From positions 207-64,206 of IMG/VR virus record IMGVR_UViG_3300044703_000023: a DNA stretch of 64,000 bases. One strand, given 5' to 3'. Made by a program: the position numbers and the translations under genes. Within the stretch, counting starts at the first letter, position 1. Each line of letters begins with the position of its first letter. This DNA is from a virus (taxonomy: Duplodnaviria > Caudoviricetes). This document shows, piece by piece, positions 40,097 to 50,063 of this stretch. The notes under the pieces were generated by a model. That model ran no database searches and was not told the DNA's origin. It saw only the letters and a list, made by a program, of their open reading frames with translations.

Positions 40097-40780
40097 TTAA
40101 GACGCCTGCCCGTGTGGGCCATCATCACGGTCGTAGCTCGCTGCGCTCGTCTTGGTATCTTTAATCTTTGGCACGGCGAGCCGAAGCGGATCAAGGAAGT
40201 CTGACGGATAATTTCTGTCGGTTCGTGCGGGCATTACGATGCCAACAAAATCGTCACGCCCATATGCCATAACTACCGCCTGCGACTTCCCGTCTTTCAC
40301 GAACAGGTCGATAGGTGCGCCGACAACATCTCCGATGCTGCAAGCTTCAAGGTATCTACAGTTAAACGACAGCGGCGACGCTGTGTAAGTTTCGGGGATA
40401 ATCATCTGCCACTTAGGAAAACGGATGTCTGGTGCGTCGGCGATCAGGTCAAGGAACCGTGCTACAGCGGCTTCCTTGTATTTACCTCCTTGCATCGTTG
40501 CCTTAATCACGTCCACTGACCGATCTTCATTTACAACCAAAGCCCGCCCATCTTCACAGACCATTGATACCCACTCTCGCCAGAACAGATTGAACGGCTC
40601 GTCACACTTTCCTTCCGCGTCGCGGAAGATCGCCATCGTGTGACCGTTTGTTGCGATGATAAGAACGCCGCTCACTGGATGCGGCTCAAGGCGCACGGCG
40701 CTGAGCGTGTAGCGGCTTTCCTCTTTCGTTACGAACGCGCCAGCCTCGCGGTAGTAGCGAGCATCAATAGTTGCCTTCAT
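40097..40780 (-). CDS. DNA polymerase III beta-clamp-like protein
   Basis: EESRYTLSAV...IIATNGHTM, FPKWQMIIP, FNCRYL, GIVMPAR match clamp domains 2-3. Confidence 0.75.
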   Translation of the reverse strand: MKATIDARYYREAGAFVTKEESRYTLSAVRLEPHPVSGVLIIATNGHTMAIFRDAEGKCDEPFNLFWREWVSMVCEDGRALVVNEDRSVDVIKATMQGGKYKEAAVARFLDLIADAPDIRFPKWQMIIPETYTASPLSFNCRYLEACSIGDVVGAPIDLFVKDGKSQAVVMAYGRDDFVGIVMPARTDRNYPSDFLDPLRLAVPKIKDTKTSAASYDRDDGPHGQAS

Positions 40781-40858
40781 ATCCTCCACCCTTTCCAAGA
40801 CCGCGAAAGCGGCCACGACCGTACAGTTTCGTATCCAAGGTTTTATATCTTCATCAAA

Positions 40859-41140
40859 CTAAATTCTTGATGCGCTTACTGCCTTCGCTCTGCGTGGCTT
40901 TCTCGCGTGCCTAAGTGCCCAAACTCTTGTCGGTGTCTGCCAGCCCTGAAGCGTTAGAACCTGAAAATCCTCATCTTCCAACTCGGGATCAGTTAGTCGA
41001 ACGTCCTCAACGGTGAACTCAACTCCCCCTACTGGAAACTGTATCTTCAGCACGTGGCATCTCACCGTCCAACCCCACCTTAAAGCTCTCTCAATGGAGC
41101 CGTATGTTTGCAGCGACGTGTGAGTAACTTCGGCTTTCAT
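40859..41140 (-). CDS. Hypothetical protein
   Basis: GGGAG RBS. Confidence 0.5.
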   Translation of the reverse strand: MKAEVTHTSLQTYGSIERALRWGWTVRCHVLKIQFPVGGVEFTVEDVRLTDPELEDEDFQVLTLQGWQTPTRVWALRHARKPRRAKAVSASRI

Positions 41141-41627
41141 TCATGCTCTCCCCGTCTTGCTGCTTCCGATTCGTGAAATAAACGCCCGTATAGCGTTCTG
41201 GCCTTCGGTTATTCGTGGCGTTAGCGCACGCGCGCGAACAAAACTTTCCGCGACCGCGATCAATATGGGCTTGCGGTATTTCAAAAGACGCGCCGCAGCC
41301 ACAACGGACTGTCACGACTGGCTTAGCGGGTACTCTCTTGTTACGTGCCTGTTCCTCTACTGTGGCCCATCGGCAATTCGACGGTTCATAGTTTCCATTG
41401 GGATCAAGCCGATCCAGCGTGCGGCCTTCAGGACGTTCACCCATATCAGCGAGAAAGCAGGCGAACGACTGTCGCCATTGCTTGCAAACCGTGATGCCGC
41501 GACCGCCGTAAAGGTGGTAATCACCACGAGCGGGATTAAAGCAGCGGGTTTTCATCGCCACCCAGCTACGATAAGTCGGCGTCGTGATCTGCTTGCGGTT
41601 CACCTGATTGTGTACTTGTGGTTCCAT
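41091..41627 (-). CDS. HNH endonuclease (homing-type) with C-terminal zinc finger
   Basis: [40 protein letters not shown]. Confidence 0.9.
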   Translation of the reverse strand: MEPQVHNQVNRKQITTPTYRSWVAMKTRCFNPARGDYHLYGGRGITVCKQWRQSFACFLADMGERPEGRTLDRLDPNGNYEPSNCRWATVEEQARNKRVPAKPVVTVRCGCGASFEIPQAHIDRGRGKFCSRACANATNNRRPERYTGVYFTNRKQQDGESMNESRSYSHVAANIRLH

Positions 41628-41756
41628 AGATCGTCTCTCTTCTTGGCAGCCAATGTTCCTGATTGCACACGGGGCATTTACATCTGACGTGGCGATTTTC
41701 TTTCCCGCACTTGCAAAGCTCAGACGAAGACTCGAACTCGTGACCGTTCTCGCAAC

Positions 41757-42440
41757 TCACGCGGCTACTCCCAACGGTTGAATGTATCGCGCGCGTTCAA
41801 GATCCTCGGACGTTACGTGTACTGGCACTTCCCATGTGCTCAACTTCGGTGAAGCGTCCAACGGCGTCCCCGGCGCGTAGCGAACGATGATTGAATCGAA
41901 GATTGCGGGGTCCGCGCTCAGCTTCCCCTTGGTTAGCCACAGTTTTTGATTGATCCGGGGCGCACCATTCTCAAAGAACACAATCCGCTTGTCAGGGAAA
42001 ACCAGATCAGACGCGCCTTTCAGGATGTGAGTTTTGAAAGCTTTGGTCACTCGCAACGGTAAAAGAAATATTGAAGTGAACCCACAGTGCAAAGCGTTCG
42101 CCTTTGCAAGCGGAAGAATCTTCTGAATGAATGGGCCGTAAGGTGGATTTGAATATCCGCAGTGATTGAGCGATGCAGACCAGTCCCCAACACACTGAGG
42201 ATCGTCCGGCATGGTTACCGCTAACGCATCGTAGCCGCGTGGCCCGTACGGACTGTCAGGCCCAAACCAAACATCGCATAGATGACGTTGACTGTCGCCG
42301 GTAAGATCAATATCGAACGGGCCGTAATCTACATTCAACTTATCGAAGACTAGCGGCGGGGTCTCCCAACAAGCGTTTCCACTCGTGAGATCCGCTTGAC
42401 TGGTTCCGCTTACCATCTTGTCGCGTGTTGCTCTGTTCAT
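41757..42440 (-). CDS. Phage DNA N6-adenine methyltransferase (T1 Dam-like)
   Basis: WETP..VFDKL, FDIDL, SNPPY, RIVF. Confidence 0.85.
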   Translation of the reverse strand: MNRATRDKMVSGTSQADLTSGNACWETPPLVFDKLNVDYGPFDIDLTGDSQRHLCDVWFGPDSPYGPRGYDALAVTMPDDPQCVGDWSASLNHCGYSNPPYGPFIQKILPLAKANALHCGFTSIFLLPLRVTKAFKTHILKGASDLVFPDKRIVFFENGAPRINQKLWLTKGKLSADPAIFDSIIVRYAPGTPLDASPKLSTWEVPVHVTSEDLERARYIQPLGVAA

Positions 42441-42586
42441 GCTGTCGCCTCCCTTATCTCACCGTGAACCTTTTCCTTGTGCTCGTCGTGGGCCAAACAA
42501 GAATTCTTTTGTCTCCAACTGCAACTACTCCCTCTACCCAACCATCACGGTCGTACGCCTTTGGCTGTTGGTACGCCGCCCACCTC

Positions 42587-43312
42587 TCACGCTGTCGCCT
42601 CGATTGATACTTGCTCTGCGTTGAAGTCAAAAACTCTCTGTGACAGACGTTTCGCCGCAATCTCGCAATAGCGTTCCTCTATCTCAATCCCGATTGCTCT
42701 ACGCCCTAAATCCTTTGCGGCGCGGAGCGTCGTCCCGCTTCCCATGAATGGATCAAGGATCAAAGAGGCATCAGGAGCAAGACAAATACACCAGCGCATT
42801 AAGGCTGTTGGCTTTTGAAAAGGGTGTAACTTGCTACCCGATATAGCGATATTTTCTACTCCCGCTCTGCAGACTCCCTTCCATAAATGCCTGAACACAC
42901 GGGCGGGGCCTTTGATGTTCGTCCACGCTAATTCACAGTCAGCGTTGTCATCCGACGCCACGCCGACACGTTTATCCCAAACGAGCCAACGAGTCGCATT
43001 TGGTAATTTATTTGCGTAATGAATTGCTCCCCACAAAACGACGCTTGGAAAAGGCACAAGAAAACTAGGATCAAACGGCGCATCGTCGCCACGCATCAGC
43101 CCGTAGTCTCGATTGACAAGATATGTTCCCTTCAAAAGATTTCCCGACCCGCTGCGGTTTGCAGACTTCCCCATCGTGTTTGCTTTGCGCCCGTTGGCGA
43201 GTTGGTACTGAGGATCAGTAAGCATTAAATCAGCCTTCGGAAGAGACGGAAACACCTCGCGACAGTCGCCGTGGTAAATCGTGATCCCATCTTGTTCGTA
43301 GTAAGGATTCAT
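42587..43312 (-). CDS. Beta-class N4-C/N6-A DNA methyltransferase
   Basis: GDCRE, TDPQY (motif IV variant), HPFQKP, LDPFMGSGTT. Confidence 0.92.
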   Translation of the reverse strand: MNPYYEQDGITIYHGDCREVFPSLPKADLMLTDPQYQLANGRKANTMGKSANRSGSGNLLKGTYLVNRDYGLMRGDDAPFDPSFLVPFPSVVLWGAIHYANKLPNATRWLVWDKRVGVASDDNADCELAWTNIKGPARVFRHLWKGVCRAGVENIAISGSKLHPFQKPTALMRWCICLAPDASLILDPFMGSGTTLRAAKDLGRRAIGIEIEERYCEIAAKRLSQRVFDFNAEQVSIEATA

Positions 43313-43403
43313 ATCCTCAATCTCACCAACACGCTCAGCTTCGGAGCGGCTCACCGTAATCGTTCGTTACGCGCTCGTCGTAGCCCTAAATAAAAACTCT
43401 TCT

Positions 43404-43673
43404 TCACGCTGCTCTCCACCTCGACGCTGTAGCCTTCTTTGTTAAACTTGCGATCCCTTTAGGTCGTCCTGCCTTGCCTCGTGGTCTTTCTACTTTAGCT
43501 ATATCTGCCAACTGACTTGACCATGACTTTCCGCTGAAAAGTTTTGTTTCGCATGGTCCACAGATAACACCCTTTTCAAGTTCTAAAGCATCGGGATCAG
43601 AGTCAAAGATTTTCTTTCCGCAAGACTGGCCGGGGATGCCAATGCAGAAACCAATGAAACGTGATTCGCTCAT
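43404..43673 (-). CDS. Hypothetical Cys-containing protein
   Basis: ATGA overlap with the primase gene. Confidence 0.5.
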   Translation of the reverse strand: MSESRFIGFCIGIPGQSCGKKIFDSDPDALELEKGVICGPCETKLFSGKSWSSQLADIAKVERPRGKAGRPKGIASLTKKATASRWRAA

Positions 43674-44563
43674 GCTGCTAAATCCCTTCGCGGTCTTTCC
43701 CATACCAGGTCCTTAATCGACGCTTCGATCATTCGTCTGTTGCCGCCTCTGTTTAGAAACTCGCGAATATCTTTTACCGGCGGAATGTAGAGACAGTGCA
43801 TGACTGGCAACATGCTCTGTAGTTTCGCGGCGCCGTCCAGTCCTGCAATCCTGCCGTGAATGTCCGGCGCGTCGTTATCGGTCACGATCACAACCCGACG
43901 TGCTTTGAGACGACGCACAATTTTCAAGACTAAATCTTCCTGGCCTTGGCACGATGGTCGCCCTATCGCGTAGAGACCGAGTGAAAGAGCCGCCGCCAGG
44001 TCGGTTGGGCCTTCCACAATCCACAACGTGCCCTCAAAGTCGAACAGGTAAGGGTCAGGTAGAAATAAACCTTGTCGTGATCCCTTTACGGCCCACTTAG
44101 CGCCGCCACCTCGACATCTGATTCCAACCACCTGTCCCTCAGCACTACGCATGGGAAAGGTCCACGCGGGCGTAGCATGTGGGCGTTTCTCTAAGTCGAG
44201 TTGCCATTCCTTATTGGCCCACGCCATTCCAATCGCGGTTAGGGCGTCTGTATCTACCCCCAGAGCCACGCCTTCAACGTCTCGCTGCGCGTCGTTGGTC
44301 TTGTCAAACCAGCGCCGCCAAATCCTTTCGGCGTCTAGCGGGGGATCTTCGATTGCCTTCCTAATCGGCGCGATGTAACGGGGCGTATAGCCGTCCCCGG
44401 TCTTGTGAAGCCACCCGCCCATTGAATTATTCGACGGACGATCGGACTCTACGCGCATGCAAAGAGCCAAGCCGGCTTCAGGCGCATAGGTGCAGTAGTC
44501 AGGCTTTTCGCAGATCTTGCAGCGATCCTTTTTCGTCACCCTAATCCATTTGTAATACTTCAT
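43670..44563 (-). CDS. Toprim-domain primase with N-terminal zinc finger
   Basis: CKICEKPDYC, IVEGPTD, IVTDND, KDIRE. Confidence 0.85.
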   Translation of the reverse strand: MKYYKWIRVTKKDRCKICEKPDYCTYAPEAGLALCMRVESDRPSNNSMGGWLHKTGDGYTPRYIAPIRKAIEDPPLDAERIWRRWFDKTNDAQRDVEGVALGVDTDALTAIGMAWANKEWQLDLEKRPHATPAWTFPMRSAEGQVVGIRCRGGGAKWAVKGSRQGLFLPDPYLFDFEGTLWIVEGPTDLAAALSLGLYAIGRPSCQGQEDLVLKIVRRLKARRVVIVTDNDAPDIHGRIAGLDGAAKLQSMLPVMHCLYIPPVKDIREFLNRGGNRRMIEASIKDLVWERPRRDLAA

Positions 44564-44836
44564 GCCTGCAAAGCCCTTTCCACGGTCCATCCGCGTTTCA
44601 ATCGCTCTCGAATCGTTGACGCACCTATGTACCCTGCTCTTTCGATGTGGCCCACCGGCAGTTGTCGGGCGAATACCCTTTGTTGACATCGATCCGGTCC
44701 AGCGTCATTCCCTCTGGGCGCTCGCCCATGTCGGCAAGGAAGTTTTCAAATGATTCCCAACGTTCGCAGACCGTTATGCCGCGTCCACCATAGTGTGAAT
44801 ATGCTACGTGCCTGTAAGATCAACAAACTTCCTCAC
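44560..44836 (-). pseudogene. Degenerate HNH endonuclease
   Basis: Three out-of-frame pieces: MRKFVDLTG / [12 protein letters not shown]...[20 protein letters not shown] / STIRERLKRGWTVERAL. Confidence 0.8.
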
Positions 44837-46473
44837 GCTGCCACCTCCGGTCGCCGCCAATTATTTTTAGCTAGCGCGTCGATCATCGTCTTAGCCTGAT
44901 CGATAGTTAGGTCTCTCGTGTCATAGCCATGCTTCTGCAATAAGGCACACTGTTTGAGGCTTGCTAAATGTCCATCCCATCGCTTAAACAGTTCCGCTAT
45001 CACCTGACGCCCTTGTGCGTAGGTCATAGTCGCCGGATCAATCCCTTGCCGCCTCAACAGCGCAGCCTGTTTTTCACTAAGAGTTTTATTCTTATCCCAA
45101 CCTCGCTCTCTGGCGGGCTCAAGATGAAGTGCATCGAACGGGTTGATCGAGCGCGACGAATAAGTAGCGCGCGCTACAACCTTTGCCCTTCGCGCTGCTT
45201 CTCTTCGTTTCTGCTCTTCAATGTTTCGCTCTTCGGCTTGAACTACTTCCGCCATGTTCAAGGCCGTTCCCGCTTTCTTGGCCTTGGCAACGGCTCGCTC
45301 AATCGCTTCGTCGCTGACCTTGCCGCCCAAGATGTCTGCCGTGGTGATTAACTTGTGGCGTCCAGCGTTTCCGACAAAATCGATCACAAGCATCGTCGGC
45401 TTATCGCTGTTAGCGATGCTGGCGCGGCGTTCTTCTGGGGTTTCAAGTCCGTCAACGAGTCCTGGCAAGGGTCGGGTTGCGCGACCAACCATCTGAGAGT
45501 AGAGACAGCGCGATTTAGTCGGACGTGCCTGAACGATGATCTCAACTGCGGGGTTATCGTAGCCTTCGGTTGCCACGCCAACATTGACAAGAACCTGCGT
45601 ATCTCCGCTGCGAAACTTTCTGAACGTTTCGTGTCGTTGATCCTTCGGAGTCTTACCGCACACCCAATCGGCCATTCCTGGCTTATGACGGTTGAAAATC
45701 TCTGCGTATCGTTCTGCCTGTTTTACGGTCACAGCGAACACCAGCGTTCTTCGACCACCAATGATGTCGAGTGACGCGGAGACTATGCCGTGCAGGTTCT
45801 TTTCGGCTTCCATCACCAGGGCGAGGTCAGCGCCGTTCAAGTCGCCCGCCGTGGTGCGAATCGCGGAGAAGTCTAAGTCCTCGATCGTGACCATCTGCTG
45901 TTCAATCGGCACCAGCCAACCGTCAACGATCGCGTCGAGGATTTCATAGTCATACGCCACGCTCTGAAACACTTGCCCGAGCGCCTGTTCGTCTGCTCTG
46001 TCGGGAGTTGCGGTCACTCCGAGAATCTTGAGTCGTGGATTCTGTCGGTAGTGGTCCAGCACCCTCATAAAACTCTTGGCGGTAAAATGATGCGCTTCGT
46101 CGCAGATGACTACGCCGAAATCGTTTGGATCGAATCGTGCCATCCTGCCAGCGCCGCCATTACCCGCGATCTGAGTTTGGACGGTCGAGACCACTACTTG
46201 CTTTTGATTCCACAGATGATCGCCGGCCCACAAGTCGCCCATTTCCACTTCGGCATCGAGTCCGATTTTTTCAACGTGCTTGACGGCTTGGGATATCAGT
46301 TCTGAGCGGTGGGCCAGAATCAGCGCACGGGCCGGTTGCATGCGGCGAATGATTTCCGAGAACACAACCGTCTTACCGCACCCGGTCGGCATAACAAGCA
46401 ATGTCGAATCGTGCTCAAGCCATTCGTCAAACGTGGCTTCTACTGCCGTCTGCTGATAAGGTCGAAGTATCAT
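44833..46473 (-). CDS. Superfamily 2 (DEAH) helicase
   Basis: LRPYQ, PTGCGKT, DEAHH, TATP, TEGYD, QMVGRATR. Confidence 0.95.
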   Translation of the reverse strand: MILRPYQQTAVEATFDEWLEHDSTLLVMPTGCGKTVVFSEIIRRMQPARALILAHRSELISQAVKHVEKIGLDAEVEMGDLWAGDHLWNQKQVVVSTVQTQIAGNGGAGRMARFDPNDFGVVICDEAHHFTAKSFMRVLDHYRQNPRLKILGVTATPDRADEQALGQVFQSVAYDYEILDAIVDGWLVPIEQQMVTIEDLDFSAIRTTAGDLNGADLALVMEAEKNLHGIVSASLDIIGGRRTLVFAVTVKQAERYAEIFNRHKPGMADWVCGKTPKDQRHETFRKFRSGDTQVLVNVGVATEGYDNPAVEIIVQARPTKSRCLYSQMVGRATRPLPGLVDGLETPEERRASIANSDKPTMLVIDFVGNAGRHKLITTADILGGKVSDEAIERAVAKAKKAGTALNMAEVVQAEERNIEEQKRREAARRAKVVARATYSSRSINPFDALHLEPARERGWDKNKTLSEKQAALLRRQGIDPATMTYAQGRQVIAELFKRWDGHLASLKQCALLQKHGYDTRDLTIDQAKTMIDALAKNNWRRPEVAA

Positions 46474-47378
46474 TTTGATTTCTCACGCATCGCTTTTAAT
46501 TCAGGTGCTACAAAGCTCCGCCAAGCGAAGTCATCCAAGAATCCGCGCCCTTTACACAAGTTGCATTTCTTCCTTTGGTGGCCCTGGCAGGAAGTGCAGA
46601 CCGCGTGAGGAACGACGCACTTCACGCTCGTGTAGGCATTGTTCAGGTCAGCTAGAGTTGTGTTTGTAACGCTGGCAACGATCAGGTCTTGATCGTCAAG
46701 ATGCGATTTCAGTTCTGTACGAAGGCTGCTGATCCGCGACAACCAATCACGACCAATTTGTTCAGCGCGTTCCCAGTCAGGCAGAATGCTTTCAGGAATG
46801 ACGTAGCCAGTCTTGTCGAGGTGGGGTTTTTTGGTTTCTGCTTTCTTCTTGGTTTCGCGGGCTACCTCAGTCACGGTCTTTTTGCCGCTTGCGATCTTGG
46901 CTATTTCTTTGGGGGGAGCATCACGAAGCACCTCAGAAGCGCGCTGTACGCTGCGCCTGCTGACGCCTGCAAACGTTGCCGCCTCAGACTGAGAAACACC
47001 CTGTTTTTGCTGGGAAGGTTTGAGTAACGGGGGTTTAAATGCGCCACGTGGCGCATTTAATTTAGGCCGCCCTTTCGACATGTCCGCAGCCTTCGCCGCG
47101 ATTAGCGCACGCTGGCTTTCATTCAGATGGCGACGGTGAAAGTTTACTGATAGAACGTAAGCTAAAGGGTCTTCTCCGTTTAGACTTCTGTACTTTGGTT
47201 CAATGCCGATGATCTCGCATGCTCTGACTCTATTACGCCCATCAAGGAGTTTACCGTCGCACAGTGTCGCGGGCGCACGTTGACCGTTTTCGCGAATGTC
47301 TGCCACAAGTTCATCGAACGCGGATCCTTCCATCAGAGGGAACAGTGCCGCCAGCGAATGTTCTTTATAGTCCATCAA
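46470..47378 (-). CDS. ParB/Srx-like domain + HTH + CxxCxG zinc-finger protein
   Basis: FPLM, LLDGRNRVRAC, NFHRRHLNESQRA, SQSEAATFAGVSRRSVQR. Confidence 0.8.
   Translation of the reverse strand: MMDYKEHSLAALFPLMEGSAFDELVADIRENGQRAPATLCDGKLLDGRNRVRACEIIGIEPKYRSLNGEDPLAYVLSVNFHRRHLNESQRALIAAKAADMSKGRPKLNAPRGAFKPPLLKPSQQKQGVSQSEAATFAGVSRRSVQRASEVLRDAPPKEIAKIASGKKTVTEVARETKKKAETKKPHLDKTGYVIPESILPDWERAEQIGRDWLSRISSLRTELKSHLDDQDLIVASVTNTTLADLNNAYTSVKCVVPHAVCTSCQGHQRKKCNLCKGRGFLDDFAWRSFVAPELKAMREKSK
47035..47060. repeat. Perfect 26-bp palindrome
   Basis: TTAAATGCGCCACGTGGCGCATTTAA. Confidence 0.9.
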
Positions 47379-47389
47379 AAGTTTCTCTT

Positions 47390-47632
47390 TCAGTTGCGCG
47401 AGGCTTGATCGGCTTCCGCTGCGCGAATCATGCTATTAGCCGTCTCGGGAGACATCCCGTATTCTTTTTCTAAAAACACATCGAAAGTTGCGTGCCCGTC
47501 GTTGGCGTAAAGCTCATCATCGCGAATCTCTCGCAGAGCGTGCCCTATCCGAAGCTCTTCTTGTCGCACGCGGTTTGAGGTGGACAATAAATTTCCACCG
47601 TCCGCATAATCCGCTGCATGTTGTTTACCCAT
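47390..47632 (-). CDS. Hypothetical protein
   Basis: IGHALREIRDDELY...TFDVFLEKEYGMS. Confidence 0.6.
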   Translation of the reverse strand: MGKQHAADYADGGNLLSTSNRVRQEELRIGHALREIRDDELYANDGHATFDVFLEKEYGMSPETANSMIRAAEADQASRN

Positions 47633-47720
47633 ACTGAGTGTTCCCCTGGAGTCTTAATCCAATCCAAACCAAACTAAAGAGGCTCAAGTAACCCTCAAGC
47701 AGACGTGCAACTTTTGCTTG

Positions 47721-48089
47721 CTATTTTGCTTTACGTTTGCTTGCGATTTGCTGCGCTGTTTGCTTGCCACCAATTGCCCCTGCCGCTTGCCGCCCGCGCA
47801 TCTTGCGCGCCTCTTTCAGCATTCGTGCGTTGAACACGCGCCCGTTTCCATCGCTATCAAATTTCGCCATGATTGGCTTCTTAATGCGATCCCACGTTTC
47901 CTGATCGACGCCGCCCATCATTGCTAGCTCATCCTCGTCATTGGGCAGCGTGCCCGATGGCAGTTCATACCAGGAGCGAAAGAGAAGGGTCAGGTAAACG
48001 TCGCGCTGTTGATGCGTCATTCGTGCTCGGGTATTACTCCCAAGCCAATCGCTTGCGTACCAAAGAACGGCGGGTAATTTGTCCTTCAA
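47721..48089 (-). CDS. DUF1376/YdaU-like replication-initiator N-terminal domain
   Basis: WYASDWL, MTHQQRDVYLTLL..SW, LPNDEDELA, FNARM. Confidence 0.8.
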   Translation of the reverse strand: MKDKLPAVLWYASDWLGSNTRARMTHQQRDVYLTLLFRSWYELPSGTLPNDEDELAMMGGVDQETWDRIKKPIMAKFDSDGNGRVFNARMLKEARKMRGRQAAGAIGGKQTAQQIASKRKAK

Positions 48090-48382
48090 AAGAGAAAGCC
48101 TCTAACTAAGAGTGCCCAGCGGTTTGGCAACGTGTTCGGGTCAAGATACGAACTGGCCGGAACACTCTTAGGTAGAGGCTCGCTTGACCAGTGCCGACCG
48201 TTGCCACAGCCGGATTTGTAGAACCAGAAAGAGCCTACAACGATTTTGAGATTTATTTTTTGCCGCACGTTTTGAAGGAATGCCTGCCAAAAGTTTCCGC
48301 TTACTTTTGCCCTTGCCGGGACCGCCGAAGGGCCGAGGTAGTTTCCACCCTTCCTCAATTCAGCCCTCTGACGGTCCCGCAA
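48086..48382 (-). CDS. Hypothetical protein
   Basis: Fills the operon gap; start uncertain. Confidence 0.35.
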   Translation of the reverse strand: MRDRQRAELRKGGNYLGPSAVPARAKVSGNFWQAFLQNVRQKINLKIVVGSFWFYKSGCGNGRHWSSEPLPKSVPASSYLDPNTLPNRWALLVRGFLF

Positions 48383-48385
48383 GAC

Positions 48386-48988
48386 TCAGAACGGCACCCC
48401 GCCCGAAGGGGCCACGTCCGATTCGCGAATTTCGCTCTCCGGGGCACCGTTGACCATTTCCTCGTACTCGTCCGATCTTTTAATTAGATTTTGAATTCCG
48501 TCGCTTAGGCCGTTGAACTTTTCCCGATCAAACTCTTCCAGCCAAAAACTGAAGGACGGGTTTACTTGGGGAGGACATTCCATGCCTTTCGGAAGCCCAC
48601 TAACGCCCGCAACCTTTGTCTTGTCATTCGTGCCGCTTACGACCGTCAGCAAGCAGGGCACCCCTAAAATAGTTTCCCTGTCAAAAAAGTTTTCTTCTTG
48701 TTGCGTGAACGCACGTCCGCGCCACGCCTCCAGGTCCAACTTGAAGGTCGCTCGCTCGTTTTTCACTGAGTTGGTGTAGAACTTACTAGCAATGATCGGC
48801 CTACCTTCGTCATCGAGTTCCGTTGGAAGCTCCCATGAGACGATAATTTGATTACGTTTATTAGGCTTCCCTTGGTACTCGCCGTGCTGGGTCCCTATGT
48901 CAATAATCTTGATACACCTCGCAAGATGTGTCCCTACGGGAGCCTGAATAAAATTTCCTCCGCCTGAGTCGCTCGTGAACCTGCCCAT
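48386..48988 (-). CDS. Phage single-stranded DNA-binding protein
   Basis: PVGTHLARCIKIIDIGTQ...LEAWRGRAF; acidic tail ending VPF. Confidence 0.75.
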   Translation of the reverse strand: MGRFTSDSGGGNFIQAPVGTHLARCIKIIDIGTQHGEYQGKPNKRNQIIVSWELPTELDDEGRPIIASKFYTNSVKNERATFKLDLEAWRGRAFTQQEENFFDRETILGVPCLLTVVSGTNDKTKVAGVSGLPKGMECPPQVNPSFSFWLEEFDREKFNGLSDGIQNLIKRSDEYEEMVNGAPESEIRESDVAPSGGVPF

Positions 48989-49016
48989 ACGTCACCTTCT
49001 CCCTTGTGTGAAATGT

Positions 49017-49538
49017 TTAGAATCCAGCCGCAGTGGATGCGGTTTTTGCCGCTCGTTGCGAGTCCAACTTTTCGCTTAAACCCTTGAGTACTATTTCCAG
49101 ATCGTCAGTATCAAGAGTGCCCAACATGCCATCTAGCTTGAGATCAGTTTTTATGTAGCCATTGAGTGCCGCCGGCGTCATCGTTGGGATGTGTCCGGCT
49201 TTATTCAGCAATTCCCTGGCGTCGTTGATCTTCTCAAGCAACTGAGATCGCAAAACGCCGTCAGCTTTTTCAGGCGTCGGGTTTGGGTCGATCTCAGCCA
49301 CCTGAGAGTCAGCTTTCTTCGCCGCGTCTTGATCCTTCTTTCGATCGGAGATAAAGATGAATTGTTCTTTCGCGTCGATTACGACAGTTGCGAAACAAGC
49401 TTGTCGTGCGGAGTCGTCGTGAACACCAAAGCGATCACATATTCCGTAGGCAATCTCCGCGCATCCCATCAAGTGTTTGCCGTAAGGACTGTTGATGTAG
49501 GTACTCCCTGGAGCGGCTTCTGTTGTTTCCTCTGACAT
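49017..49538 (-). CDS. Hypothetical protein
   Basis: AAGGAG RBS. Confidence 0.6.
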   Translation of the reverse strand: MSEETTEAAPGSTYINSPYGKHLMGCAEIAYGICDRFGVHDDSARQACFATVVIDAKEQFIFISDRKKDQDAAKKADSQVAEIDPNPTPEKADGVLRSQLLEKINDARELLNKAGHIPTMTPAALNGYIKTDLKLDGMLGTLDTDDLEIVLKGLSEKLDSQRAAKTASTAAGF

Positions 49539-49556
49539 TTATTCTCCTTCTTAGAG

Positions 49557-50060
49557 TTAAAGAGTTGCCGGGGCGAATTGGCCGCTCGGCAGCCTTTCGC
49601 GTTGGCGTCGATTCTTTGCCTGATCGCTTCGGGTTGCCCATCGGCAGTTTGAAATCTCGTAGTTTCCGTTGTTGTCGATCCGCTCGATCTGCATATCGGA
49701 CGAGGGCTTGCGGCCCATGTCCGCTAGGAAGTTTTCAAACAGTTTCCAGCGAGCGCAGACCTTGATTCCACGTCCGCCATAGTCAATGAATGATTTGTGG
49801 TTGACGTTCTGACAGCGTTGCCGCATTGAGTGCCAGCAGATGTATTCCCGTGACGTAGAGTCCCCGTGTTTGTAATTGCGCTCTGATACGCCTTCGGAGG
49901 CTAAGCAGCCGCATGACTGGCTTTCGCCAGAACGAAGAGTCGTGTACCTGACCGTCTTGGTAATACCGCAGTCACAGAGGCAGACACATGCGAGCTTCAT
50001 GCTCTTGCGCGTCATGGAGACAACGACCCAACGGCCAAATCTCGATCCGGTTATGTCCAT
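49557..50060 (-). CDS. HNH endonuclease (homing-type)
   Basis: [46 protein letters not shown]. Confidence 0.9.
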   Translation of the reverse strand: MDITGSRFGRWVVVSMTRKSMKLACVCLCDCGITKTVRYTTLRSGESQSCGCLASEGVSERNYKHGDSTSREYICWHSMRQRCQNVNHKSFIDYGGRGIKVCARWKLFENFLADMGRKPSSDMQIERIDNNGNYEISNCRWATRSDQAKNRRQRERLPSGQFAPATL

Positions 50061-50063
50061 TGT

